Positions 9,757-19,588 are shown, counted from the first letter of the stretch. The stretch: DNA of 64,000 nucleotides from an uncultured Flavobacteriales bacterium (GCA_938023515.1 CALJDR010000022.1:27226-91225); one strand, 5' to 3'. Translations and numbers: made by a program. Notes: a model not told the origin generated them from the letters alone.

Positions 9757-11115
9757 TCAGAGACCGTATTTTTTGATCTTGTTGTACAAGGTTTGGCGGC
9801 TGACGCCCAGGTGAGAGGCAACCAACGAAAGATTTCCACCGTGGGATTCCATGGCGTTTTTTATCATTTCCCGCTCCATATCCTCGAGTGTAGCATTGCG
9901 TAATACCCCCGCGGGGGCTGGCATTACCGGAGCTAACAACAGGCTTTCAGGTCCTATTTCCGGTTTTTCGGTCATGATGACGGCTTTCTCCATCGTGTGT
10001 TGCAGTTCCCGGATATTTCCCGGGAATGGATATCCGGCGAGCAGAGAGGCTGCCTTTTCTCCGATAGAGAGCCCTGGTTTTGCGTATTTTACAGCATATT
10101 TATCGGTAAAGATACGGGCCAGGGGCAGGATGTCTTCTTTCCTTTCCCGTAGAGGGGGGATATCTATGTGTATCGTATTTATGCGGTATAGTAGGTCTTC
10201 CCTGAAAAGTCCCTGCGTTACCATTTGCGGGAGGTTTCGGTTGGTGGCGCTGATCAGGCGGATGTCCACATCCTGGGGCGTATTGCTTCCCACCCGGACG
10301 ATGCGGCGGCTTTGGAGCGCAGTGAGGAGTTTCCCCTGCAGAAAATAGGAAATATTGCCTATTTCATCCAGGAAAAGGCTTCCTTTGTCGGCTACTTCAA
10401 ATTTTCCGGCGCGGTCTGCTTTCGCATCGGTGAAGGCGCCTTTCACATGTCCGAAAAGCTCGCTTTCGAAAAGGGTTTCGGGTAGGCTCCCCAGGTCGAC
10501 GGAAACGAAGAGTTCTTCGTTCCTTCGGGAGAGGCGGTGTATCTCACGGGCCAGCATTTCTTTCCCGGTACCGTTTTCTCCCGTTATCAGGATATTGGCA
10601 TCGGTCGAAGCTACTTTGCCCACCAGGTTTCGCAGATAGGACATTGGCTGGCTTTCTCCCCAAAACATAGGATTGGAATCATCAAGTTCTTTCCGGATCT
10701 CTTTCAGATGCTTGACCTGACGCTGCTGGTTGCGCAGGTTGTAAGCATTCTGCAATGTGGCTATCAGCCGGTCGTTTTCCCAAGGTTTGACCACGAAATC
10801 CGTCGCCCCATCTTTTATTGCCCGCACAGCCAGATCGATGTCTCCATAGGCAGTAAAAAGCACCACTTGTACGTCGGGGCGCATTTTTTTTATTTCGGAT
10901 AGCCAGAAAAGCCCTTCGTTGCCATTGTTTATGCCGGAAGAAAAATTCATGTCCAACAAAACCACGTCGGGATTGTGTTCCTGCAAGGCTGAATGAATTT
11001 GCGTGGGGGAATTTACCAGGACGGTTTTTTCAAAATACTGCTTCAAAAGCAATTCTAAAGCGGTGAGGATAGATCGATTGTCGTCGACGACTAATATTTT
11101 CCCCTGTTTTTTCAT
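9757..11115 (-). CDS. Sigma-54-dependent response regulator (NtrC family: receiver + AAA+ + Fis-type HTH)
   Basis: The receiver begins KILVVDDN. The AAA+ domain has Walker A GENGTGKE and the sigma-54 contact loop GAFTDA. The C-terminal HTH is SRQTLYNKIKKYGL. The ATG at 11115 (MKKQGK) is preferred over the TTG at 11142. Confidence 0.9.
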   Translation of the reverse strand: MKKQGKILVVDDNRSILTALELLLKQYFEKTVLVNSPTQIHSALQEHNPDVVLLDMNFSSGINNGNEGLFWLSEIKKMRPDVQVVLFTAYGDIDLAVRAIKDGATDFVVKPWENDRLIATLQNAYNLRNQQRQVKHLKEIRKELDDSNPMFWGESQPMSYLRNLVGKVASTDANILITGENGTGKEMLAREIHRLSRRNEELFVSVDLGSLPETLFESELFGHVKGAFTDAKADRAGKFEVADKGSLFLDEIGNISYFLQGKLLTALQSRRIVRVGSNTPQDVDIRLISATNRNLPQMVTQGLFREDLLYRINTIHIDIPPLRERKEDILPLARIFTDKYAVKYAKPGLSIGEKAASLLAGYPFPGNIRELQHTMEKAVIMTEKPEIGPESLLLAPVMPAPAGVLRNATLEDMEREMIKNAMESHGGNLSLVASHLGVSRQTLYNKIKKYGL

Positions 11116-11139
11116 GCCGTGATGATAAATTATTCCCCT

Positions 11140-11147
11140 CAAAGGTA
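11140..11147 (-). promoter_or_regulatory. Candidate -7 box (TACCTTTG) for the response-regulator/kinase operon
   Basis: It matches TAnnTTTG on the minus strand, 24 nt upstream of the ATG at 11115. Confidence 0.35.
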
Positions 11148-11174
11148 TTCAAAAAATGGACGAAGAAGGATAAA

Positions 11175-11212
11175 TGTCTAAAAAATTTACAGAAGTGTCT
11201 AAAAAATGGACA
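11175..11212. promoter_or_regulatory. Paired 17-bp palindromic sites, candidate enhancer (UAS) for the adjacent NtrC-type activator
   Basis: The sites are TGTCTAAAAAATTTACA (11175-11191) and TGTCTAAAAAATGGACA (11196-11212). Their starts are 21 bp apart, and TGTC/GACA are inverted half-sites. A near-identical pair occurs at 49455-49492. Confidence 0.55.
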
Positions 11213-11276
11213 GTAATGTGTCTTTGGTTTTGGATTAATTTATTGTAAATCATTTATTTGTGGTTTTGGCATGCTT

Positions 11277-11292
11277 TTGGCACGTTTCAGTA
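11277..11292 (+). promoter_or_regulatory. Sigma-54 (-24/-12) promoter of the efflux operon
   Basis: TGGCATGCTTTTGGCA compared with the consensus TGGCAC-N5-TTGC has GG and GC at canonical spacing. It ends 33 nt upstream of the ATG at 11326 and sits about 65 bp downstream of the paired sites. Confidence 0.65.
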
Positions 11293-11325
11293 TAGAATAA
11301 AAACAATTCAAAACAGGAAAAGATT

Positions 11326-12699
11326 ATGCCAGAAAAGATGAAAAGATTGTTATTGCTTTTGTGCGTACTCGGGATATCTTCTGGGGCGGCGGTGGCGCAA
11401 CAAACGGATGGTCATATCTGGTCGCTCGAAGACTGCATGGCCTATGCGGTAGAGAACAGCACAAAGGTGAAAAAACAGGAGTACACAAATGACAGCTACC
11501 GCCACATACGCCGTTCGGCCGTGGCGGATATGCTGCCTTCGCTGTCTGCTTCGGCCAGCGGCCAGTTGACTACCGGACGCGGGATCGACCCGGGCACAAA
11601 TACGTATTCCACCATATCGAATTTCGGCAATTCGTACGGAGTCTATGCTTCGCTACCGGTCTTTAATGGATTTGCCCTTATTAATAAGGTTATAGAGACC
11701 CGGATGCAGATGCGTTCGGGCCAGTCAGAACTACAACGGATAAAGGACGACATCTGTCTGGGCATTGTAGGGGCTTATTATGATGCGGTGTATTATCGCC
11801 AGGCGATGGGCATTGCGCGGGATAAACTGGAAAGGAGCCGGCAGAACGTATACAAAACAAAAAAAATGGAAGAACTGGGCCTGCGAAGCGAAGCGGATGT
11901 GGCCCAGATGAATGCGGCGTTGGTAGCGGATAATTTTCTTTTGGTGCAGCAGGAAAATTCTTACGTCCGGGCGATGATGTCGCTGAAAGACTATATGAAT
12001 TTCCCGACGGAAGATTCCTTGGCGATAGATACGTTGATGAGTGAGAAGTTGACGATCCTGGAAGAATCCCCCGACCGTATCTATGAAAAAGCTTTGGCTA
12101 CCAATCCGACCGTACTTCGTTCGACCTATCAGATGGAGGTCCAAAAAGCAAAGTATTCACAGGCAAAAGGGCGCATGCTCCCCAGCCTTTCCCTTTCGGG
12201 TGGGTACAGTACCAATTATTATACAAACCTTACGGGAGACCGTTCCAAAGTGCGGCCATTCAACACCCAGTTGGACCAGAACAAGGGCGGATCCCTGACG
12301 CTTTCCCTGTCCATCCCGATATTTTCCGGACTTTCCCGCCGTACTACCCTGGCTACCGCCCGCAACAATATGCGGATCGCCGAGCAGGAAAACGAGGAAA
12401 CCCGGCGGGAATTGCGCAATGCGATCGATAAGGCGGTGCTGGAACGCAATTCGCAGGCAAAGCAATACTATCTGGCCCGCCAGCAGGTGGAATCGGATGC
12501 GCTGGCTTACAAGGCTTTTCAGCGGCGGTATGAAGAAGGGCTGGCCTCTTCGCTGGATGTGCGTACCAGTGCCAATACGCTGATGGATTCGCAGCTGAAA
12601 GAACTGAGAGCTTATTTGTACTATCTGTTATATAGTTGTACGGTGGATTATTATAACGGGATCCCGTTGATATCTCCGGAAAAACTGGCTTCACTTTGA
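11326..12699 (+). CDS. TolC-family outer-membrane efflux protein
   Basis: 457 aa with a signal peptide (GAAVAQQ) and OEP repeat structure. It is the first gene of a same-strand operon with an adaptor and ABC components. Confidence 0.85.
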   Translation: MPEKMKRLLLLLCVLGISSGAAVAQQTDGHIWSLEDCMAYAVENSTKVKKQEYTNDSYRHIRRSAVADMLPSLSASASGQLTTGRGIDPGTNTYSTISNFGNSYGVYASLPVFNGFALINKVIETRMQMRSGQSELQRIKDDICLGIVGAYYDAVYYRQAMGIARDKLERSRQNVYKTKKMEELGLRSEADVAQMNAALVADNFLLVQQENSYVRAMMSLKDYMNFPTEDSLAIDTLMSEKLTILEESPDRIYEKALATNPTVLRSTYQMEVQKAKYSQAKGRMLPSLSLSGGYSTNYYTNLTGDRSKVRPFNTQLDQNKGGSLTLSLSIPIFSGLSRRTTLATARNNMRIAEQENEETRRELRNAIDKAVLERNSQAKQYYLARQQVESDALAYKAFQRRYEEGLASSLDVRTSANTLMDSQLKELRAYLYYLLYSCTVDYYNGIPLISPEKLASL

Positions 12700-12727
12700 T
12701 TGAAAACGAAAAGAAAAAAACGATAAA

Positions 12728-13975
12728 ATGGACAAAGTAATAGAAAAGAAAAAAAGGCTGAATAAAAAACACGTGCCATATATCCTGGGCGGATTGTTCC
12801 TGATTTTAGTGTTGTGGCTGGTTTTTTCAGATCATTCCTCTACGTTGCGTGCAGATAAGAATGCGATCGCCATCGGCGAAGCGGTATATGGGGATTTCAA
12901 TGACTATATCCGCATCACAGGGCAGGTGCAACCCATCACTACCGTCCAACTCAGTCCGCTCGAAGACGGAGTGGTCGATGAAATCCTCATCGAGGAAGGG
13001 GCCCGGGTAAAAAAAGGCGATGTGATCATCCGTCTGAGCAATCCGACCCTTACCCTGTCGATCCTCGACGGAGAGTCGATGTTGGCCGAAAAACAGAATT
13101 CGCTGCGCAATACGGAAATGAACATCGAACAGGAGAAACTTTCCATGCAGCAAAACTTGTTGGAGGCAACGTTGGGCGTGGAGCGTACCCGTCGTAAATA
13201 CGAGCAAAACGGCGAACTGTATAAGGAAAAACTGATCGCCCGGGAAGAATACCTGCAATCCAAAGAGGATTACGAACTGTCCCTGCAGAAGAAGGCTCTG
13301 TTGCTCGAACGGAGGGAGAGGGATTCCCTGTATCGGGTAGATCAATTGGCTAAATTGAGGGAGAGCCTGGGCAATATGACCAAAAACATGGAACTCACCC
13401 GCCAGCGGATGGAAAACCTGAATGTCAAATCCCCGATAGACGGCGAACTCGGCCTGTTGGATGCTGTACGCGGCCAGTCGGTGGGCCGGGGCCAGAAGAT
13501 AGGGCAGATAAACGATTTGTCCGACTATATGGTCCTGGCGATGATAGACGAACATTATATCGACAAAGTGACTACGCACCTCGATGCCTCTTTTGAACGG
13601 CAGGGCGCCCGGTATCCGTTAGAAACAAGGAAAGTATATCCCGAAGTGCGAGAAAGTAAATTTCGCACGGACTTGATATTTTCCGGGGAGCGTCCGGAAA
13701 ATATACGGTTGGGGCAGACTTATTATATAGACCTGCAATTGGGTGAGTCGTCCCAAGCCGTAATGATTCCCCGAGGGTCGTTCTACCAGGCAACCGGCGG
13801 GAATTGGGTGTATGTGGTTTCTCCCGAAGGAGATAAAGCTTACAAGCGGGCTATAAAAATAGGGAGGCAGAATCCTCAGTATTACGAGGTGACCGAAGGG
13901 CTTTCGGCCGGAGAGAGGGTTATTACGTCTTCATATGATTCTTATGGCGGCAACGAAGTATTGGTGCTGAAATAA
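12728..13975 (+). CDS. HlyD/MacA-type periplasmic adaptor (membrane fusion protein)
   Basis: It has an N-terminal TM anchor, a lipoyl-like segment (GDVIIRLSNP), a long coiled-coil and a C-terminal beta-barrel (GERVITSS). Confidence 0.85.
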   Translation: MDKVIEKKKRLNKKHVPYILGGLFLILVLWLVFSDHSSTLRADKNAIAIGEAVYGDFNDYIRITGQVQPITTVQLSPLEDGVVDEILIEEGARVKKGDVIIRLSNPTLTLSILDGESMLAEKQNSLRNTEMNIEQEKLSMQQNLLEATLGVERTRRKYEQNGELYKEKLIAREEYLQSKEDYELSLQKKALLLERRERDSLYRVDQLAKLRESLGNMTKNMELTRQRMENLNVKSPIDGELGLLDAVRGQSVGRGQKIGQINDLSDYMVLAMIDEHYIDKVTTHLDASFERQGARYPLETRKVYPEVRESKFRTDLIFSGERPENIRLGQTYYIDLQLGESSQAVMIPRGSFYQATGGNWVYVVSPEGDKAYKRAIKIGRQNPQYYEVTEGLSAGERVITSSYDSYGGNEVLVLK

Positions 13976-13994
13976 AACACCTTTTTACCATACT

Positions 13995-16346
13995 ATGAAG
14001 CAATTCGTTTATACGGTTCGGTATCTGCTGGCTAATAAAGCGGGTAACTTGGTCAAAATAGTATCCCTTACTTTGGGCCTGGCGCTGGGATTGGTGATAT
14101 TTTCCCAGGTGGCTTTCGAGCGGTCCTATGAGAAATTCTATCCGGATGCGGAGCGGATATGCCGGATACGTATGGAGTACCTGGATCTTCAACAGGGCAA
14201 AGCAGGGGAAAAAGAAGGGCCGCAGGATTCTTATGCGGATGGTTATTATATTTTTCACCCGGCGGCACAGGCTTTGGTGGACAATGTGCCCGAGGTCGAA
14301 GCCGGTACGGTGGTGGAAATGACCGGGAAATCCGATCTTTTCCGGCAGGACGGAGCCCGGTTCCCCGGAAACGCGATCCTGCGGACCGATTCCTCTTTCT
14401 TCAAGTTTTTCCAAATAGAGGTCATCAGCGGCGATCCGGGCAGGGATATGGTACAGAATACGGTCTACCTGTCGCAGGGATTGGCCCGGCGGGTATTCGG
14501 GGCAACGGATCCGGTCGGACAAGTTTTGCATAACAGCAATAAGGAAGCCTATACGGTTGCCGGAGTGTATAAAGATTTGCCTCGGAATACCCACTTGGAA
14601 GCCGATGCGATCCTCCCGCCCTCCACAGGGGGAAAAGAATGGAAAGGTTACCAGGGATATCATGGCTACGTGCGTCTGGCACAGGGTGCCGATCCCGAAG
14701 AGGTCGCCGGCAAATTCGCTATGGCACTCGATCGTTCGGGCGTGCTGAAAGAGATCCAGGACCGTTCGAAAACGAAAGTCGTATTTACTCTCGATCCTTT
14801 GATAGAAAGCCATATGGCGGTGCCAGGGGTATCGTCCCGGAATATACTGCTGGCGGTACTGGGCTTTTGCCTGCTTTTGGCTGCGGTGCTGAACTATGTG
14901 CTTGTGTCGGTATCTTCGCTTTCTGCACGCAGTCGAACGTTGGCCGTACATAAATGCAATGGAGCCCGCTCGTGGGATGTCTTCCGGATGTTCATGTACG
15001 AGACGGGAATTTTGACCGTGGTTTCATGCCTGCTGGCAATACTGTTGATAGCCGGCGGCCGGCAGTGGATACAAACCGTAACGGGGCAGCCCTTATTTGC
15101 TCTCTTTTCTTTGGGAAATCTCTGGGTGGCCGCAATCGTCCTGTTGTGTGTATGGTTGGTTGCAGGGGTGATACCCGGGATCGTTTTCTCATCGGTGGGC
15201 GTGATGTCCGCATTCCGCAGCAATGTTTCTTCCGGGCGGATGCGGTGGAAGACGCTGCTGCTTTTCCTCCAATTCACGGCGGCTACATTCTTGTTGGCGT
15301 TCCTTTTGATCATTATCCGTCAGTACGATTTCATGCTTACCCGGGATATGGGCTACAGGTATGAAAACCTGGTGTATATCGAAACTGCGCATATGTCCCG
15401 CCAACAGGCGGCTACAATTAAGGAAGAGCTCAAAAAGCTCCCGTGTGTCGAAGGGGTTTCCGTTATCGGGCTTTCCACGCCGCTGGACTCCGGCCTGGGT
15501 TGGGAGTTTTACGACGACTCCGGGGAAAACAGGGTGCTGTGGGCCGATATCGAATATGCCGACGAGGATTATCTGGATGTGATGGGAATCGAGCTGTTGG
15601 CCGGTAAGAATTTCGAGCCGGGGAGCCCTCAAAACCATTTGTTGCTCAATGAATCGGCCGTACGGAAAATCGGATGGACAGACAATCCGGTCGGAAAAAC
15701 CCTTGAAAACTATTACGTGGTGGACGGCGTGGTAAAGGATTTCCAGATAGGTACGCTGCATGCCGGGCAGGGAGCCCGTCCGGTGGTGATTTCCAGCGCT
15801 TTCTGGAGTGGAGTGGGCTATATCATGGTCGAACTGTCGCAAGTGAATGCCGCTGCGATCGAACAGGTACGGGAGGCAACCAATAAGGTAGTGCCGGATA
15901 AAATATTCAATATTGTTTCCTATAAGGAGGAACTGGGAAGCCGTTATCGCCAGGAGCTCCTGTTCCGCGACAGCGTAGGGGCCGTATCCCTTTTCACGGT
16001 ATTCATTACGTTGATGGGCCTTATCGGGTATATCGGTTACGAGATGCACCGTCGCCGCAAAGAGATTGCCCTGCGCAAGATCAACGGGGCGACGTTAAAG
16101 GATGTATTGTCCCGGGTTACGATGGGGATAGGGTTTATTTCCTTTTTAGGGGTTTTATTGGGACTTTGTGGGACCTACTATGCGGCGGGGGTATGGCTCA
16201 CCCGGTTCGAGTATAGGGCTCCGGTTTCCCCGTGGCTGTTTGTGGCTTGCGGTTTGACTGTATTGGCGGTCATTGCCGCCACTGTGGTCCTGAAAGCCTG
16301 GAAATCGGCAAATGAAAATCCTGTAAAGGCGATTAAATCGGAATAA
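13995..16346 (+). CDS. MacB-like ABC transporter permease (double FtsX domain, about 780 aa)
   Basis: There are two MacB-periplasmic-core/FtsX modules. The conserved C-terminal FtsX helix block is RRKEIALRKINGATLKDV, and the protein ends NPVKAIKSE. Confidence 0.85.
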   Translation: MKQFVYTVRYLLANKAGNLVKIVSLTLGLALGLVIFSQVAFERSYEKFYPDAERICRIRMEYLDLQQGKAGEKEGPQDSYADGYYIFHPAAQALVDNVPEVEAGTVVEMTGKSDLFRQDGARFPGNAILRTDSSFFKFFQIEVISGDPGRDMVQNTVYLSQGLARRVFGATDPVGQVLHNSNKEAYTVAGVYKDLPRNTHLEADAILPPSTGGKEWKGYQGYHGYVRLAQGADPEEVAGKFAMALDRSGVLKEIQDRSKTKVVFTLDPLIESHMAVPGVSSRNILLAVLGFCLLLAAVLNYVLVSVSSLSARSRTLAVHKCNGARSWDVFRMFMYETGILTVVSCLLAILLIAGGRQWIQTVTGQPLFALFSLGNLWVAAIVLLCVWLVAGVIPGIVFSSVGVMSAFRSNVSSGRMRWKTLLLFLQFTAATFLLAFLLIIIRQYDFMLTRDMGYRYENLVYIETAHMSRQQAATIKEELKKLPCVEGVSVIGLSTPLDSGLGWEFYDDSGENRVLWADIEYADEDYLDVMGIELLAGKNFEPGSPQNHLLLNESAVRKIGWTDNPVGKTLENYYVVDGVVKDFQIGTLHAGQGARPVVISSAFWSGVGYIMVELSQVNAAAIEQVREATNKVVPDKIFNIVSYKEELGSRYRQELLFRDSVGAVSLFTVFITLMGLIGYIGYEMHRRRKEIALRKINGATLKDVLSRVTMGIGFISFLGVLLGLCGTYYAAGVWLTRFEYRAPVSPWLFVACGLTVLAVIAATVVLKAWKSANENPVKAIKSE

Positions 16347-16368
16347 TACATATTATAATCACTATATC

Positions 16369-18768
16369 ATGAAGCAATTTATTTACACGCTCAGGTACCT
16401 GGCAAAGGCGAAGAGTACCAACCTGATCAAGGTCCTGTCCCTTACCTTGGGGTTGGCCCTGGGGCTGGTGATCTTTTCCCAGGTAGCTTTCGAAAGGTCA
16501 TACGATTCTTTCTTCAAAGATTCGGACCGACTTTACCGGGTGAAAGCCCAGTTTATCGACCATAATCAACCGGAGGAAAACGCCGCTTCGGACGATTCCG
16601 GCGGAAAAGGGGACGGAACGGTTACTTATTATGGGGTGTTCTATCCTACGGTACAGACGATGTTGGACAATTTTCCCGAAGTGGAGGACGGCGCTACGAT
16701 CTCCTATCTTACCGGCACCGACCGGCGGAACTATTACCGGGAGGACGGGATGGAGGAGTTTCAGTCCAACCTGGTCTATGCCGATTCGTCCTTTTTCCGG
16801 GTGATGGGCCTGGAAGTGCTCCGGGGCGATCCGGCGAAAGACTTTGTCGAGCCGCTGAAGGTGTTCATTTCCGATGATTTCGCCAAGCGGTTTTTCGGCG
16901 GTCAGGACCCTATAGGGAAGGCCCTTTACAACAACAATAAATACGGCTATGTCGTGGCGGGGGTATTCAAGAAACTGCCCTATAATTCCCATCTGGATTT
17001 CGATGTGATCATGTCCAGGGCTACTCCGTCGGCCACCTGGGGTAGGGGAGACAACTATTTCGGATATGTCCGGCTGAAACCGGGCGCCGATCCGGAAGCG
17101 GTACAGAGTAAATTTGCCGACTATATCCGTCAAAGCGGAGTACTCAAAGCTGCCGAGGATAGAGGATATGAGTTCAAATATACCTTAGAACCTATAACCG
17201 AGGGGCATATCGGGCAGGAGGACGTAAAGGATAAAACCCTGTTGCTTTCCGTGGTGGGGTTGTGCCTGCTGCTGACGTCCGTACTGAACTATGTGCTCAT
17301 ATCGGTGTCCACGCTCTCTTCGCGCAGCCGGACGCTGGCTGTCTATAAATGCAATGGGGCCAAGCCGGGGGATATATTCCGGATGTTCATGTACGAAACG
17401 GCGGTGCTGACCCTTGTATCTACCGCCCTGGCCGCATTGTTGATATTTGTCTTCCGGGGAAGGGTGGAAATGCTCGCCGGACAGCCGGTTTCGGCCTTGT
17501 TCGCCGTTTCCAACCTTTGGATGGCAGGAGTGGTGTTGCTGGTAGTCTGGATCGTGGCAGGCGTGATACCCGGTTGGGTTTTCTCCCGGGTGAGCGTGAT
17601 GAAGGCCTTCCGGTCTACCTCTTCTGCCGGGAGAATGTGGTGGAAGAGTATCCTGTTGTTCCTACAGTTGGTGGCGGCTTCTTTTATCCTGACGTTCCTG
17701 GCGGTGATCATCCGGCAGTACAGCTATATGACGACTAAGGATCTGGGATATAAATACGAGAACGTGGTTTATATATGGACCCTTTTCACCAATCTGGATG
17801 AACAGCAAACCCATACGGTGCGGGATGAGGTGAAAAAACTACCGTTCGTAGAGAACGTATCTCTGGTAGGGCATGCGATGCCTCTGTTTAATTTTTACGG
17901 GCAGGCACGGATACCTAATGAAAACCAGGAAACGATATTTACTCCTTATATCGAGAGAGCCGATGAAAATTACCTGGACGTGCTGGGGATCAAACTCGAA
18001 GCCGGGGAAAATCTGGCTCCCGACTCTCCTATGGAGCAGGTGCTTATCAACCAGGAGGCTGTCCGTCAGTTAGGATGGCTGGACAATCCTATCGGCCAAA
18101 CCCTCGGCCAGACACCGCTTACAGTACGGGGTGTGGTAGGGGACTTCCATATCGGCAGCGTGCTTGAAAATCCCGTTCCGCAGCCAGTGATGATCATGCA
18201 ACTGATGAAACCGACCGAAAACAATCCGTTTGTGGTGGCGTACATCATGATGCGTTTTACCGAAGTGACACCCAAAAACATTGCCCAGCTGCAACAGGCG
18301 GTAGCCCGGGTATTGCCCGATAAGATTGTGAAAATAAAAACGTACAAAGAAGAGTTGCTCAGTCAATACCAAAAGGAATTGATGACCCGCGACAGTATCG
18401 GAGTGACGGCTATTTTTACCGCGCTTATTACCCTGATGGGCCTGATCGGTTATATCAGCTACGAGATGCGTCGCCGCCGAAAGGAAATAGCCCTGCGCAA
18501 AGTCAATGGGGCAACAGTGAAAGAAATACTGGTATTGATCCTATTGAATATATCCGTCGTATCTGTGGCAGGAGTAGCATTTGGTTTGGCTGCGGCATAT
18601 TATATGGGCGGTAAATGGCTGATCAATTTCCCGGACAAGCTCCCGTTTTCCCCGTGGCTGTTCGCAGGGTGTGCACTGGCTATTTGGGTAGTTATCGCGC
18701 TGGTGGTGATCCTGCAGTCCTGGAGCGCCGCGCGGGAAAATCCGGTTAAATCGCTCAAATCCGAATAA
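16369..18768 (+). CDS. MacB-like ABC transporter permease, tandem paralog
   Basis: The first ~45 aa are nearly identical to the previous gene (LSLTLGLALGLVIFSQVAFERSY). It shares the same architecture and C-terminus (RRKEIALRKVNGATVKEI ... NPVKSLKSE). Confidence 0.85.
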   Translation: MKQFIYTLRYLAKAKSTNLIKVLSLTLGLALGLVIFSQVAFERSYDSFFKDSDRLYRVKAQFIDHNQPEENAASDDSGGKGDGTVTYYGVFYPTVQTMLDNFPEVEDGATISYLTGTDRRNYYREDGMEEFQSNLVYADSSFFRVMGLEVLRGDPAKDFVEPLKVFISDDFAKRFFGGQDPIGKALYNNNKYGYVVAGVFKKLPYNSHLDFDVIMSRATPSATWGRGDNYFGYVRLKPGADPEAVQSKFADYIRQSGVLKAAEDRGYEFKYTLEPITEGHIGQEDVKDKTLLLSVVGLCLLLTSVLNYVLISVSTLSSRSRTLAVYKCNGAKPGDIFRMFMYETAVLTLVSTALAALLIFVFRGRVEMLAGQPVSALFAVSNLWMAGVVLLVVWIVAGVIPGWVFSRVSVMKAFRSTSSAGRMWWKSILLFLQLVAASFILTFLAVIIRQYSYMTTKDLGYKYENVVYIWTLFTNLDEQQTHTVRDEVKKLPFVENVSLVGHAMPLFNFYGQARIPNENQETIFTPYIERADENYLDVLGIKLEAGENLAPDSPMEQVLINQEAVRQLGWLDNPIGQTLGQTPLTVRGVVGDFHIGSVLENPVPQPVMIMQLMKPTENNPFVVAYIMMRFTEVTPKNIAQLQQAVARVLPDKIVKIKTYKEELLSQYQKELMTRDSIGVTAIFTALITLMGLIGYISYEMRRRRKEIALRKVNGATVKEILVLILLNISVVSVAGVAFGLAAAYYMGGKWLINFPDKLPFSPWLFAGCALAIWVVIALVVILQSWSAARENPVKSLKSE

Positions 18769-18796
18769 AATATAAAATCATAAAAAACAAACGACA

Positions 18797-19477
18797 ATGA
18801 TTAAAATAGAAAACCTTTCGAAAAGTTTCCGCACGGAAGAAATAGAAACCATCGCACTGGACAAGGTATCCATCGAAGTGAAAGATGGGGAATTCGTAGC
18901 CATCATGGGCCCTTCGGGGTGCGGGAAATCCACCCTGCTCAATATCCTGGGATTGCTCGACAATCCGACGGGCGGAAAATATTACTTCATGGATAAAGAG
19001 GTGGGCGGCCTGAAAGAAAAAGACCGTACCAATTTCCGCAAGGGAAATATCGGTTTCGTATTCCAGAGCTTCAACCTGATCGACGAGCTCAACGTATACG
19101 AAAATGTCGAGCTCCCGCTGATCTATCTCAAGATAAAAGCCTCCGATCGCAAAAAGAAAGTGATGGATATTCTTAAACGCATGGGGGTATCCCATCGGGC
19201 CAGCCATTTCCCCCAGCAGCTTTCCGGAGGACAGCAGCAGCGTGTGGCCATTGCCCGTGCGGTAGTCGCAGGGCCGAAACTCATCCTGGCGGACGAGCCG
19301 ACCGGTAACCTCGACTCCAAGAACGGAGAGGAGGTAATGGCGCTTCTGTCCGAGCTCAACCGCGAAGGAACCACGATCGTGATGGTGACGCACTCCCAGC
19401 ACGATGCTTCGATCGCACACCGCGTGATCAACCTATTCGACGGCCATGTGGTGGCCCAGGTGAATGATATGTTATAG
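18797..19477 (+). CDS. ABC transporter ATP-binding protein (MacB/LolD-type)
   Basis: It has Walker A GPSGCGKST, signature LSGGQQQRVAIARA, Walker B LILADEPTGNLD and the H-loop in VTHS. Confidence 0.92.
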   Translation: MIKIENLSKSFRTEEIETIALDKVSIEVKDGEFVAIMGPSGCGKSTLLNILGLLDNPTGGKYYFMDKEVGGLKEKDRTNFRKGNIGFVFQSFNLIDELNVYENVELPLIYLKIKASDRKKKVMDILKRMGVSHRASHFPQQLSGGQQQRVAIARAVVAGPKLILADEPTGNLDSKNGEEVMALLSELNREGTTIVMVTHSQHDASIAHRVINLFDGHVVAQVNDML

Positions 19478-19504
19478 TGACTGGATTGTTTATTGTTACT
19501 TTTG

Positions 19505-19539
19505 TACCGCGGGGGGATTTATTCCTCTCGCGGTATTTT
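19505..19539 (+). terminator. Rho-independent terminator after the ABC operon
   Basis: TACCGCGGGGGG-loop-CCTCTCGCGGTA forms a stem, including G-U pairs, followed by TTTT. Confidence 0.55.
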
Positions 19540-19588
19540 AGTTGGCAACCGCTATGAATTGTTTAGCAGGTCGCCGTATGGGGAAAAC

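Noticed and set aside
9744-9839. Upstream extension of the histidine-kinase ORF to the ATG at 9839
   Set aside because: It would overlap the response-regulator gene by 83 nt and would add a non-hydrophobic, non-conserved-looking N-terminus. GTG at 9743, 13 nt after the regulator stop, is more plausible. The exact start remains uncertain.
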